Source: Eledone cirrhosa | Taxonomy: Eukaryota | Length of the DNA stretch: 64,000 bases | Assembly: GCA_964016885.1 (NCBI GenBank) | Contig: OZ024763.1 | Span: forward strand, 19,158,001-19,222,000 | Reading direction: 5' to 3' | In this document: positions 14,188 to 27,434 of the stretch, piece after piece | How positions within the stretch are numbered: the stretch's first letter is position 1 | Layout of the letters: each line of letters opens with the position of its first letter | The notes under the pieces: model-generated | Database searches by the model: none | Told to the model about the DNA's origin: nothing | What the model saw: only the letters and a program-made list of their open reading frames with translations | Position numbers and translations under genes: made by a program

Positions 14188-14611
14188 AAATAAAAACTAT
14201 TTGAGTATGTGAGCGTTTTTTGGTTTCTTTTACATATATTCACATATATACATCCCAGATATACATACATACATAGGCATACATATATATATATATATAC
14301 ATATATATATACTAAGAACAAAGTAGAGGTGTTACATAGGAGATTTATTGCTCACTCCTGGTTACAAATGTTTCCCAGGCAGCCGACTCCCATGGTCATT
14401 TTTGACTGAAGGGGGTCTTTGCCCTTTAAATATATATATGCTATTAAGTTAGACATGGCCTGGGCCAATACTGGCCCAAAGTTATCAAAGTTATATATAT
14501 ATATATATTTGGGAAAGAAAGAAACAACAACACAGGAGTACAACAACACAGGAGTACAACACAGGAGTACAGTTACGAAAGGTTCACGCTTATATATATA
14601 TATATATAAAA

Positions 14612-14818
14612 TGAAGGAGGTGTAGTAAGGAACCAGATGGACCATAACGCACCAGAGTACTCAATACTTAGAGTAGTAGTCCAGAAATAGCCGTCGAAAC
14701 GGCCGGAGCTCAGCTGTCGGGGTCCTGACTCGTTTCCTATTACCCACTCTACTACCCTAAGTATTGAGTACTCTGGTGCATTATGGTCCACCTGGTATCT
14801 TACCACACCCTCTTTGTT
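14612..14818. mobile_element. Fold-back repeat family F2 (~60-bp inverted arms) with a hammerhead 3' half
   Basis: GTAAGGAACCAGATGGACC...GTAGTAG is inverted against CTACTAC...GGTATCTTACCAC; flanked by (TA)n; related copies at 40365, 51533, 55340, 58710, 58801. Confidence 0.75.
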
Positions 14819-14883
14819 ATATATATATGCGTGGAAGAACGGACGTAAAACGGTGATGATGATGATGATATATATATATATAT

Positions 14884-15858
14884 AATAATAATAATGAAAT
14901 TATTGTGTAAAGTACTCAGGTGCACTACAACTCGTCAAAGGTGCATGTATAGTACATAGAATAATATACAAATGTCAGGGAAGTGAACAGTGTATGAGTC
15001 ATGATATACATGTGTGTATGTGTATGGAGGGGGAACATTAGGTGTAGTGTTGGCGAATCTCGGGAAGCATGGAGGTTTTAAAGGATGCAGTGTCTCGACC
15101 GCTAACAACTGATGCAGGTAGTTTATTCCATGGAGGTTTTAAAGGATGCAGTGTCCAGACAGCTAACAACCAATGCAGGTAGTTTGTTCCATGCTTCAGC
15201 AACTCTGAGCGGGAAAAAATGTTTCCGAAAGTCATGGGAACTGTGCTGTTTTCTGACTTTGTGGGCATGTCCACGTGTGTTAGACACATGGAAATCAAAA
15301 AGGTGCTCAGGGTTGTTGTTGGCGAGATGGTTAACAATTTTGTGGGTGTTTACCAAGTCAGTTGCCAGGCGTCGGAGCTTCAATGTATCCATGCCCAGGG
15401 AAGCAAGGCGTTCAGAGTATGGTAGATGCCTGATGAAGGGTATTCGCTTGGTTGCACGTCTCTGAAAAGTTTCCAGGTGGTCAATGTTCCAATAATAGGG
15501 GTTCCAGACTGGTGATGCAAATTCTAAGTGTGGCCGCACCATAGCCATGTACAGCCTTAAATAGATAGCTGGAGAGCGGCTGACAAAGGTCTTGCTGAGT
15601 GATGCTAAGACACCCTCGGCCCTCTTGACAATTTTAGAGACGTGCTTCGTCGAACGCAAATCGCTGCAACCGTAATGCCCAGGTCACGTTCACAAGAAGA
15701 CTTCTTGATATTAGTGCTGTGGAGGGACTATGTGGACACTGGGTTTTTACTCCCAAAATGCATGGTGGTGCACTTGTCCAGTCTGAGATCCATTGTTGCA
15801 TTGTGTTCAGTTCAGACTGCAAGCAAGATCTATAGTGTTCAGGATCTGTCCTTTTTAT
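14884..15858 (-). mobile_element. 5'-truncated CR1-type LINE (RT C-terminus, 3' UTR, (ATT)n tail)
   Basis: LY..MVRPHLEFASPVWNP, QRRATK, LKLRRL..DL, TRGH, FF..RV...WNKLP motifs; ~61-bp internal tandem duplication near 15068-15190. Confidence 0.9.
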
Positions 15859-15946
15859 CTCAAAGAGATATTTAATTTGTTGGTTATTCAGCAAATTTAT
15901 TTATAACAGATTCGAAGCACTCTACAGATTTTCTGGAGTATTAATC

Positions 15947-16013
<67 letters not shown>

Positions 16014-16682
16014 CATATATATATAATCCACTTGAGGCGAGGAAAAATGGACATTCAGCTACAACAATGATGATGATTTTCATAAGTTTTGTGAGCACCA
16101 GTTGTATATGGACCTCGAATGTGCCACAGTCCACCTAGCTGTCAAAGTAAACCCAAAGAGGATCAATGAGTCTATCAGTGATATTATTTCTATTGAACAA
16201 AGGTTAATACATGTTGATTATAGATTGATAGATTGTTGGTGATCACGAAAGGTCAAACAAATAGATTCTATTCAGTGAACATTACTGTGTGGGTGTCTGT
16301 GTATATATGTGTGTGTGTGTGTGTGTGTTGTGTTGATGTGTGTTTGTGTACATGTGTGTGTGTGTGTTGTGTTGATGTGTGTTTGTGTACATGTGTGTGT
16401 GTGTGTGTTGTGCTGATGTGTGTTTGTGTACATGTGTGTGTGTGTGTTTGTGTACATGTGTGTGCTTGTGTATGTGAGTGTGTGTTTGTGTATGATGAGT
16501 GTATTTGTCTATATGTGTGTTTATGTGTATATTTGTGCGCGTGTTTGTGTATGCGTGTTGGTGTGTTTGTGTGTATTTATGTGTGTGTGTGTGTTTCTGT
16601 GTATGTGTATTGATGTGTGCGTGTTGTAGTCATTGTAGTAGTAGTAGAAGTAATAGTAGTAGCAGCAGTAGTAGTGGTAGTA

Positions 16683-16722
<40 letters not shown>

Positions 16723-16954
16723 CAGTAGTAGCAGCAGCAGTAGTAGCAGCAGCAGCAGTAGTAATAGTGGTTGTGATGGTAGAAGTAATAGTAGTAGTAG
16801 TAGTGGTGGAGGTAGAAGTAATAGTAGTAGCAGCATTAGTAGTGCTAGTAATAGTGGTAGTAGTAGTAGTAGTGGTAGAGTAGTAGTAATAATAGTAGTA
16901 GTGGTAGTAGTAATAGTAGTTGTAGTATGTTGCTCTATAGTGTTGTAGTTGTAG

Positions 16955-17205
16955 TAGCTGTCCCTGTAGTTGCTCTATAGTGTTGTAGTGGTAGTAGTAG
17001 CTGTCCCTGTAGTTGCTCTATAGTGTAGTAGTAGCTGTCCCTGCAGTTGCTCTATAGTGTTGTAGTAGTAGTAGCTGTCCCTGTAGTTGCTCTATAGTGT
17101 TGTAGTAGTAGTAGTAGTAGTAGTAGCTGTCCCTGTAGTTGCTCTATAGTGTTGTAGTAGTAGTAGTAGTAGTAGTAGTAACTGTCCCTGTAGTTGCTCT
17201 ATAGT

Positions 17206-17239
<34 letters not shown>

Positions 17240-18434
17240 CTATCCCTGTAGTTGCTCTATAGTGTTGTAGTAGTAGTAGCTGTCCCTGTAGTTGCTCTAT
17301 AGTGTTGTAGTAGTAGTAGCTGTCCCTGTAGTTGCTCTATAGTGTTGTAGTAGTAGTAGCTGTCCCTGTAGTTGCTCTATAGTGTAGTAGTAGTAGTAGT
17401 AGTAGCTGTCCCTGTAGTTGCTCTATAGTGTAGTAGTAGTAGTAGTAGTAGTAGCTGTCCCTGTAGTTGCTCTATAGTGTAGTAGTAGTAGCTGTCCCTG
17501 TAGTTGCTCTATAGTGTTGTAGTAGGAGTAGCTGTAGTTGCTCTATAGTGTTGTAGTAGTAGTAGCTGTCCCTGTAGTTGCTCTATAGTGTAGTAGTAGT
17601 AGTAGTAGTAGTAGCTGTCCCCGTAGTTGCTCTATAGTGTTGTAGTAGTAGTAGCTGTCCCTGTAGTTGCTCTATAGTGTTGTAGTAGTAGTAGTAGTAG
17701 TAGTAGCTGTCCCTGTAGTTGCTCTATAGTGTTGTAGTAGTAGTAGCTGTCCCTGTAGTTGCTCTATAGTGTAGTAGTAGTAGTAGTAGTAGTAGCTGTC
17801 CCTGTAGTTGCTCTATAGTGTAGTAGTAGTAGTAGCTGTCCCTGTAGTTGCTCTAGTGTTGTAGTAGTAGTAGTAGCTGTCCCTGTAGTTGCTCTATAGT
17901 GTTGTAGTAGTAGTAGGAGTAGCTGTCCCTGTAGTTGCTCTATAGTGTTGTAGTAGTAGTAGTAGTAGCTGTCCCTGTAGTTGCTCTATAGTGTTGTAGT
18001 AGTAGTAGTAGCTGTCCCTGTAGTTGCTCTATAGTGTTGTAGTAGTAGTAGTAGTAGCTGTCCCTGTAGTTGCTCTATAGTGTTGTAGTAGTAGTAGTAG
18101 TAGCTGTCCCTGTAGTTGCTCTATAGTGTTGTAGTAGTAGTAGTAGTAGCTGTCCCTGTAGTTGCTCTATAGTGTTGTAGTAGTAGTAGGAGTAGCTGTC
18201 CCTGTAGTTGCTCTATAGTGTTGTAGTAGTAGTAGTAGCTGTCCCTGTAGTTGCTCTATAGTGTTGTAGTAGTAGTAGTAGCTGTCCCTGTAGTTGCTCT
18301 ATAGTGTTGTAGTAGTAGTAGGAGTAGCTGTCCCTGTAGTTGCTCTATAGTGTTGTAGTAGTAGTAGCTGTCCCTGTAGTTGCTCTATAGTGTAGTAGTA
18401 GTAGTAGTAGCTGTCCCTGTAGTTGCTCTATAGT

Positions 18435-18465
<31 letters not shown>

Positions 18466-18637
18466 CTGTCCCTGTAGTTGCTCTATAGTGTAGTAGTAGT
18501 AGCTGTCCCTGTAGTTGCTCTATAGTGTTGTAGTAGTAGTAGCTGTCCCTGTAGTTGCTCTATAGTGTTGTAGTAGTAGTAGCTGTCCCTGTAGTTGCTC
18601 TATAGTGTTGTAGTAGTAGTAGGAGTAGTAGTAGTAG
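16955..18637. repeat. Minisatellite GCTGTCCCTGTAGTTGCTCTATAGTGT+(AGT)n
   Basis: About 40 units; constant 27-bp core with a variable-length triplet. Confidence 0.95.
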
Positions 18638-18932
18638 CCTGAGGTCAACTATAATCCAACAGTCCTCTCATGTGTTTCTCATTTTTATCTTTTTTCTTTT
18701 TTTAAATATTTTTATGGTATTTTGTGAACAATGGCGTCATCAGTTACCTTGGTTACCTACAGAGTGGGGGTGGGAAGTTCTAACACCCCCCCTCCCCCAC
18801 ACACACACACAAACACACATACCACCACCACCACCCCCAACCCTCTTTGGCCCTCAATCACTGGTTCACAAGATTTACTTGTGTAGGTTCCTCTGTGCAA
18901 CTTGATCAAAACACACACACACACACCCAGAG

Positions 18933-18973
<41 letters not shown>

Positions 18974-19248
18974 CCCACTCAGAGAGACACACACACTCAG
19001 AGGCACACACACACACACGCGCAGAGGTGCACACATACACGCACACACACTCAGAGGCACACACACACACACACACACACACTCAGAGGCGCGCACACAC
19101 ACACACACATACACATGCTCACTCAGAGAGAGACACACACTCAGAGGCACACACACACACACACGCAGAGGTGCACACATAGACGCACACACACACACAC
19201 ACACATACACACACACACACAGAGGCACACACACACACATACTCAGAG

Positions 19249-19284
<36 letters not shown>

Positions 19285-19967
19285 GGGTTTCTGATTTATG
19301 TACAAGACCAACAATTTTTGGGGGGAAGGCAGGGAAAGTTGATTAAATTGACTCCAGTGCATTACTGGTACTTTGGTACTTTATTTTATTGACCTCCAGT
19401 ATACTACTGGTACCATATTTTATCGAGACCCCAGTGCATTACCAGTACTTTATTTTATCAAACCCATGTCACAAAGCATGTTATACGACACTCTACCCAT
19501 TCTGCCAATCTACGACCGTTAATAATGATTTCTAATTTAGGCACAAGGCCAGCAATTTGTCTGAATGGGGGGAAAGTCGATTAAATTGGGTCCCATTGTG
19601 TTACTGGTACTTTATTGTATTTTATAGACCCTGTAAGGATGAAAGAGAAAGTTAACCTCAAAAAGATTTGAACTCAAAGTAAAGTGCCATAACTATGTGC
19701 TGTAAAGCACGCTGTCCAACGCTCTACCAATTCTTCCAATCCATCGTCCTTTGTTTCTATAGTTGGCACATGGCCGGCAATTTTGAAGGGAGAGAGACAG
19801 TCAATCATATCAACCCCAGTGCATTACTGGTACTTTATTTTATCGAACCCCTAAGGATGGAAGGCAAAGCTAACCTCGGCAGGATTTGAACTCAGAACCT
19901 AAAGAGTTGTAACTATGTCACAAAGCATGTCCGACACCTCCACCGATTCTGCCAATTCACCGCCCTA
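19285..19967 (-). mobile_element. Three tandem SINE family C copies (first degenerate)
   Basis: GGCACAAGGCCAGCAA...TACTGGTACTTTATTTTATCGA...GGATGAAAGGCAAAG..GGATTTGAACTCAG (B-box on minus strand)...CTGCCAAT. Confidence 0.85.
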
Positions 19968-19977
19968 ATCAGCTTAA

Positions 19978-20269
19978 CCCTTTAATGTTCAAACTGGCCA
20001 AAACCGGCCAAAATTCTCTACCTTTTTCTGTTGAAACTGGCTGTAACTGGTCACTCAAATTGATGTCAAGGTATTGTTCTCAAAATAAATTCTTTCAAAA
20101 TCTCATAGATTCGATATTATGTGAGATAATTATGTGAGGTAAAGCCTTTACCATGAAAATACAATAGTATATATAGAGTAATGTGAATGTTTTGTGAGAT
20201 ATTATATGAGGTAAAGCATTTACCATGAAAATATAATAGTATATATAGAGTAATGTGAATGCTAAAGGG
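19978..20269 (+). mobile_element. piggyBac-like MITE with TTAA target duplications
   Basis: TTAA|CCCTTTAATGTTC ... GAATGCTAAAGGG|TTAA; contains two copies of the 72-bp satellite unit. Confidence 0.82.
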
Positions 20270-20479
20270 TTAATAATGAGAAAGTTAGTTATGTTACATA
20301 ATTCCTCCATAAAATCAGAGTTGATTCATTAGAACTATGGTAAGGAAAGAATTTTAAAAAAATGTTTTATCAGCTTTCTTCCAACATTTATTTCACCTGT
20401 GGTACATTAATGAAAGGTGCACACACACACATACACACATACACACACGTATACATAAACACACCCAACACCATTCCTT

Positions 20480-21170
20480 GGTAAAGTGGTAGAGTTGGTG
20501 ACATGATAAAATACACTCATTCCACTTTGTAAATATTACTGTTGTCCTCAAGATAAAATGCACCCAACCCACTCTGTAAAGTATTAGTGCTGGCGTCATG
20601 ACAAAATGTACGCAGCCTATATCCTGTAAAGTGGTAATGACAGTGTCAAAATATAATGCACCCAGCCCACTCTGTAAAGTATTAGTCCTGGCGCCAAGAC
20701 AAAATATACCCAGCCCACTCTGTAAAGTGGTAGTGCCGGTATCAAAATAAAATGCAACCAACCCACCCTGTAAAGTGTTAGTGGCTGTGTAATGACAAAA
20801 TGCACCCAGCTCACTCATCTGTAAAGTGTCAGAGCTGGACCCACAATAAAACCTACCAAGCCTATCCTATAAAGTGGTAGTGCTGGTTTCACAATAAAAT
20901 ACACCTAGCCCTCTCTGTAATGAGATAGTGCTGGTATCAGAATAAAATACACCTAGCCCTCTCTGTAATGAGATAGTGCTGGTTTCAGAATAAAATGCTC
21001 AGAGTACACTCTGTAAAGTGGTAGTGCTGATGCTACAATAAAATACACCCAGTACACTCTGTAAAGTGGTAGTGCTGACGCTACAATAAAATACAGCCAG
21101 TACAGTCTGAAGTGGTAGTGCTGGTGCTACAATAAAATACACCCAGTATACTCTGTAAAGTGGTAGTGCT
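20480..21170 (+). repeat. Diverged ~50-bp tandem array derived from the RTE 3' UTR unit
   Basis: AAAATACACCCAGCCCACTCTGTAAAGTGGTAGTG versus RTE AAAAGCACCCAGCCCACACTGTAAAGTGG. Confidence 0.75.
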
Positions 21171-21377
21171 TGTCTAGTGGTCACCTGTCTTGTCTTTTGT
21201 CTAGTGGTCACCTTTCTTGTCTAGTGGTCACCTTTCTTGTCTAGTGGTCACCTACCTTGTTTAATGGTCACCTGTCTTGTCTAGTGGTCACCTTTCTTGT
21301 CTAGTGGTCACCTTTCTTGTCTAGTGGTCACCCACCTTGTTTAATGGTCACCTGTCTTGTCTAGTGGTCACCCACCT
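21169..21377. repeat. 20-bp minisatellite CTTGTCTAGTGGTCACCTKT
   Basis: Direct. Confidence 0.9.
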
Positions 21378-21395
21378 ATATATTATATATATTAT

Positions 21396-21427
<32 letters not shown>

Positions 21428-21444
21428 ATATATATATAATATAT

Positions 21445-21480
<36 letters not shown>

Positions 21481-21572
21481 ATATAATGAAAAATTGAACA
21501 GGGACAGAACAGAGAGGCAGTACGACAAATGTTTATTAAATTCACGCTCAGGAGAGTGGGGGGTAGGTGGGG

Positions 21573-21603
21573 GACGACGTTTCGGGCATAAGCCCTTCTT
21601 CAG
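21573..21603 (-). ncRNA. Hammerhead core lacking an obvious stem I (degenerate)
   Basis: CTGAAGA-agggc ttat gccc-GAAA-cgtcg-TC; AATAAA about 35 nt downstream. Confidence 0.55.
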
Positions 21604-22184
21604 GTGAGAGTTCAAAAGGTGTGTAGGGGAGTGGTGGAGAGACATATAGCGAAAGGAAACGGTGCGTGCGAATGATATATATATAATATATATTGAGAGA
21701 GAGATCAGACATATAGACAAGAAAAGATAGACAGACAGACAAGTAAACAGTTCAGAAGGCAGACAAACTAAAAGAGAGAGAGAGACTAATAGTGAGACAG
21801 ACAGGCCAGAAGTCAGACAGACAGAGAAACAGACAGAGAAACAGACAGACCAACAGACAGACATTAAACCAGACAGACAGTGAGACAGACACACAGACAG
21901 ACAGTGAAACCGATAGACAGATAGACAGAGATTGAGACAGATAGACATTAAACTAGACAGACAGTGTGACAGACAGACAAACACATTAAACCAAACAGAC
22001 CTAAAGACAGACAGACAGACAATGTGGCAGACAGACAGACAGCCAGTCTAGAAAAAGAGAATTGTATGAGAAAGATAAATACATGAGAAAAGATAAATTA
22101 TACATGAGTTTGACCTTTGACATTCTGTGTTGAATGGAGCTGTGTTGACCTTGTCAATGGTTTAATATCAATATTGACCTTTGA

Positions 22185-23542
22185 AACACCATCAACACCA
22201 ACAACAACAATACTACCTCCATCGCCACCACCACCATCATCATCAACAACAGAAACAACACTACTACCTCCGCCACCACCAACACTACCTCCACCATCAA
22301 CACCAACACTACTACCACCACCACCACCATCAACAACACTACTACCTCCACCACCACCATCAACACCAACACCACTACCACTACCACCAACAACACTACC
22401 ACCATCACCACCAACACCAACACTACTACCTCCACCACCACCATCAACACCAACACCAACATCACTACCAACAACACCAACAACAACACCACCACTACTT
22501 CCACCACCAGCAACATTACCTCCATTACCATTACCAACAACAACAACAACAACACATTCACCACTAACTGCCTCCACCACCAGCAACATCATCATCATCA
22601 TCATCAACACCACTATCACCCTGACATCATCATCAACACCATCGACAACAGTCACCATCAACACCACTGACATCACCATCAACACCACTATCACCAACAT
22701 CACCCCCAACACCAACACCACCATTGCCACCACCACCACCACCACCCCACTACCAACACATCACCACCACTATCACCAACATCACCAACAACACCATTGC
22801 CAACATCACCAACACCAACAACACCATTGCCAACACCACCACCACCAACACATCACCACCACTATCACCAACATCACCCCCAACACCAACAACACCATTG
22901 CCAACACCACCACCACCACCAACCACCCCACTACCAAAACATCACCACCACCAACACCACCACCACCAACCACCCCACTACCAACACATCACCACCCCTA
23001 TTGCCAACATCACCACCACCAACAATACCATTGCCAACACCACCACCACCACCCCACTACCAACACATCACCACCACCATTGCCAACATCACCCCCAACA
23101 CCAACAACACCATTGCCAACACCACCACCACCACCAACCACCCCACTACCAACACATCACCACCACCATTGCCAACATCACCACCACCAACCACCCCACT
23201 ACCAACACATCACCACCACCATTGCCAACATCACCACCACCAACCACCCCACTACCAACACATCACCACCACCATTGCCAACATCACCACCACCAACCAC
23301 CCCACTACCAACACATCACCACCACCATTGCCAACATCACCACCACCAACCACCCCACTACCAACACATCACCACCACCATTGCCAACATCACCACCAAC
23401 AACAACACCATTGCCACCACCACCACCACCCCACTACCAACACATCACCACCACTATTGCCAACAACCATCACGCCACCACCAGTATCAACAACAGCAAC
23501 ATCACCACCACTATCATCCCCATCACCACCACCACCTACCAC
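22185..23542. repeat. (CCA/CAA)n-derived compound minisatellite
   Basis: Direct. Confidence 0.92.
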
Positions 23543-23559
23543 AATGCGCTATGTAATCT

Positions 23560-24970
23560 ACAGTAATCAGCTATATGACAGCAAACAGTGCAAATAGGAA
23601 ATGCAGTTTGGGCAGATGTGAGTTAGTACAACATCTAGGCTGCACCTAGACAGGTCTGAATGCACACAAGGATAAATGAAGGCAAGTAATGCAGCCTGGG
23701 GACATAGACATGATGCAGGTGTATTACTGCAGCTTGTTGCTGCACCCACAGTGGTTTTATAAGAGACATGTGCTTAATTGTGCAGCAAGAGATGCAGATG
23801 AGAGTTAATGTAGCATCTAACTGCACTCAGAGATGTGTTTTGGTGCAGGAGAGAGTTAATGTCTTACTGTATGCAGAGATGTGCAGTTTTTAGTGCAGGA
23901 GAGAGTTAATGTCTTACTGCATGCAGAGATGTGCAGTTTTTAGTGCAGGAGAGAGTTAATGTCTTACTGCATGCAGAGAGTTAATGTCTTACTGCACTCA
24001 GAGACGTGCAGCTCTTGTGCAGCTGAGAGGTAATGGAACATCTAACTGCACTCAGATGTGCACCATTCTTGAGACCCCCTGGTTAAGGGTGCAGGGCATT
24101 AAGTGTAACGACTAGCTAGCTGCACTCGGAGTTTAGAACACACCAGGACGGTGAATGGAGGTAGATAGTGCAGCATGGGGTGCAGGTGACTGTACAACAT
24201 CAAGCTGCACCTGGAGAGTTTGGGATGCACCAGGATGCAAACAGATGTGTAGTTTTGGTAACTTAGTATAACAACTAGCTGCACCAAGAAAAGTTGGGCT
24301 GCACCAAGATGATGAAAGCAGACAGTGCAGCCTGAAGTGCAGTTTTGATGCAGGGACTCAGTATAACAAGCTGCACTCACCTAGAGAAGTTGGGATGCAC
24401 CAGGATGATGAATGGAGGCTGACAGTGCAGCATGAAGCTGCACCTTGAGAGATTGGGAGATATATGGACAGTTGGTGCTAAAATGTGCAGCCTGAGGTGT
24501 ATGTTTAGTGCAGCAGATACAAAACAGCATCTAGCTGCATCTACTGATGCAAAATGAATAGTCTAGGGTATAGTTTAGGTGCAGGAGACTAAATGTTACA
24601 ACTAGCTGCAGCCAGAGAGGTTGCGATGCACCAGGATGAAAATAATGCAGCCTTGTGTGCAGCTGACTTCATACAACATCTAGCTGCAACTACAGATGAT
24701 GAATTAACAGTCTAGACTGTAATTTGAGCTGTGCCTTGAGAGATTGGTATGCATCAGATTGAATGGAGGTAGAAAGTGCAGTCTGTATAGTGCAGCTGAC
24801 TTCATACCGCATCTAGCTTCAACTACAGATGTGAAATTAATAGTCTAGGGTGTAATTTTAGCTGCACCTAACAAAGTTGGTATGCACCAGCATGAATAGA
24901 TGTAGAAAGTGCACTGTAAAGTGCATGTAACTTCATACAACATGTAGCTGCAACTACAGATGTGAGATGA
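23560..24970. repeat. Old, diverged TGCA-rich tandem repeat
   Basis: Recurrent TAGCTGCA, GATGCACCAGGATG and AATGGAGGTAGA motifs. Confidence 0.7.
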
Positions 24971-25073
24971 ACAGGAAAGAAACAATTAGAAACCATTTTG
25001 AGCAAACTTTTCAGAAATATAGTTTGATCCTTGCAGAATCTTATGCCCAAGAGGTTGAGTAGGTGTACGTGTT

Positions 25074-25134
<61 letters not shown>

Positions 25135-25135
<1 letters not shown>

Positions 25136-25550
25136 CCGCCTTACCTAAATATATAGTAAAACCTACTCCAGCCAGTAGGCATCTCTAACAAAATACACCC
25201 CGTCCCACCACCACCACCCCCACCCGATCCACACCACCCCGTTCTATGTAAAGTTATGTTGGTGCCGCGCCATCGAGGCCGAAACAAATGAGATCGTGTA
25301 GGTGTCACGACAAAAAAACACACAGTCCACGCTGTAATGTGGCCGTGTAGGCAACACGGTAAAAACCTCCCAGACCCACACTGTAAATGAGGTTGGTGTT
25401 AGGAAGGGCATCCAACTGTAGAAAACCTGCCAGACAGTCCTATGCGAGCAAGACAATCACTCTTGCCTCAAGTGGGACTACCCCCGTCCAAACCCATGCA
25501 AGCGTGGAACACGGACGTTAAACGTTGATGATGATGATGATGATGATGAT
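25135..25550 (+). mobile_element. RTE 3' UTR fragment
   Basis: Colinear with 8432-8816; (GAT)n tail. Confidence 0.9.
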
Positions 25551-25721
25551 AGTGAGTTGGAAACTCAGGGTAGTCTCTTACAATTAACTGTTAACCAGGC
25601 TGCTGTTTCTAGTGGCATGGAATTTCGAGAAAAGCTGGGTTCCGAAAACACGTGCGATAATTCTTATCGCACGCAATTCAGTCTCTATTATTTTAACAAG
25701 TGGAAGGATCACTAATTTCTC

Positions 25722-25803
25722 AACAACTACTGAGGAGCAGAGAAAAGAGTGGACTTTACTTAATAAGATGTTGTGAAACAGTCTCCAAAACTCTCTAGTT
25801 GTT
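25722..25803 (+). ncRNA. Hammerhead motif with 8-bp stem I and enlarged loop II
   Basis: aacaacta-CTGAGGA-gcag...ttgt-GAAA-cag...ctc-TC-tagttgtt; one mismatch in stem III. Confidence 0.62.
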
Positions 25804-25974
25804 ACCAGGCAATTGCCCATTATAGGTCTGTTATTTTTCTTAATTTAATATTTAAAATTAAGTCTGACAAACCATATTGCTGTAGTTAGTATTTTTTCAC
25901 CTGACCAAACTTGGTCCTTACGATTCGAACACATGTATATTTATATTCGTGTTCATCTCTCTTGTTTATTCAAT

Positions 25975-26040
<66 letters not shown>

Positions 26041-26106
26041 CCAGGAAAAACTTGAAACATTAAGATCTCGTTCCTGGATATGTCACTATTTATAAAACAA
26101 GCTTTG

Positions 26107-26167
26107 TATTTTATCTGATGAGAGTGTACCAAAGTCTTGGTACCCTTGAAATATATATAATAGAATA
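26107..26167 (+). ncRNA. Hammerhead ribozyme, family F1
   Basis: tattttat-CTGATGA-gagtgtaccaa agtc ttggtaccctt-GAAA-tatata-TA-atagaata, within repeat 26040-26302. Confidence 0.82.
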
Positions 26168-26319
26168 AATATGGCTTTATAAATATAGTTTCCATTTATT
26201 AATATCATTGATATTATACTCCAGAAAACCTGTCGAGTGCTTCAAATCTGTTATAAATATATATATTTGTTGAATTGCCAACAAATTAAATATCCCTTTG
26301 CTTATATATATATATATAA

Positions 26320-26565
26320 ACCCATACAGTGTATTACTGGTACTTTATTTTATCGACCCCGTAAGGATGAAAGGCAAAGTTAACCTCGGCGGGATTTGAA
26401 AGTTCAAATATATTAATCTGTATATATAATTGTTTCTACTATTGGCACAAGGCCAGAAATTACCCAGTACATTACTGGTACTTTATTTTATCGACCCCGT
26501 AAGGATGAAAGGCAAAGTTAACCTCGGCGCGATTTGAACTCAGAATGGCAAGGGCCGTAACTCTG
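26320..26565 (-). mobile_element. Two partial SINE family C copies
   Basis: Match to 42358-42549. Confidence 0.85.
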
Positions 26566-26815
26566 TATATATAATAATTGCTCTACAGGTTTTTTTTATA
26601 TATATATTCCTTATCGAGCCCTCTTTGGATTTTAGTCTTCACATTTATTATTACTATAAACCGTCCGGGAGATTAATAGTTATTGAAACGGTTAGTAATT
26701 TTTATCTTGTATCTTCCGTTTGTTTCATAGTTTAAATTCGTCAAACCAACGTCGTATTTCAACCCTTGCAATTCTAAACACAATTTACTGTTTATTTATA
26801 TATATATATATTTGG

Positions 26816-27097
26816 TGGAGGCACATGGCCTAGTGGTAATGTCAATCATAATGCTGTGGGTTTGATTCCTGGGTTGTGTGTTGTTTTCCTGAACAAAACA
26901 CTTTATTTCACGTTGCTCCAGTATACTCGACTGAGAATGAGTACCAGCAATAGCTGGGGGGGGGGGGGGGGGTTAACCCTGCGATGGACTGGCGTCCAGT
27001 CCAGGGTGGGATCATGTTCTCTCAGTCGCTTCACGCCATGAAACCGGGATAAGCACCGGCCAAATGAGCCTTCTGGCTTATGACAGACTTTAGACTG
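26816..27097 (+). mobile_element. SINE family B
   Basis: TGGAGGCACATGGCCTAGTGG head, GGTTTGATTCC B-box-like, tail ...AGACTTTAGACT. Confidence 0.85.
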
Positions 27098-27186
27098 ATA
27101 TATATATATATATATATTTATTATTAATATTATTAATGATGCTGTAATTTGAATTTGTAAATTTACCAGATATAGTTTTTGTAGTT

Positions 27187-27293
27187 GTCTCTGATGATCT
27201 GATTAAGCTAACATCGTATCTGAAATTGAGTGGCACTGCTTCTAGTGTTCAGCAATTTTTAGACAACTTAATCAGCGAAACAATTGTTAAGAC
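27187..27293 (+). ncRNA. Hammerhead motif with ~60-nt insertion in loop II
   Basis: gtct-CTGATGA-t ctgattaag...cttaatcag c-GAAA-caattg-TTA-agac, then AATAAA; one extra nt at the cleavage site. Confidence 0.7.
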
Positions 27294-27345
27294 TGTAAAT
27301 AAATCCCTTTTTTGTACTGTTGACCATGTTATTCTTCACTCTTTC

Positions 27346-27399
<54 letters not shown>

Positions 27400-27434
27400 T
27401 GAATAGACCTGTTTTTCCTTTAATTTTTTTAGGA

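Noticed and set aside
16955-18637. CRISPR-like repeat/spacer pattern
   Set aside because: The spacers are only (AGT)n; eukaryotic context; no cas genes
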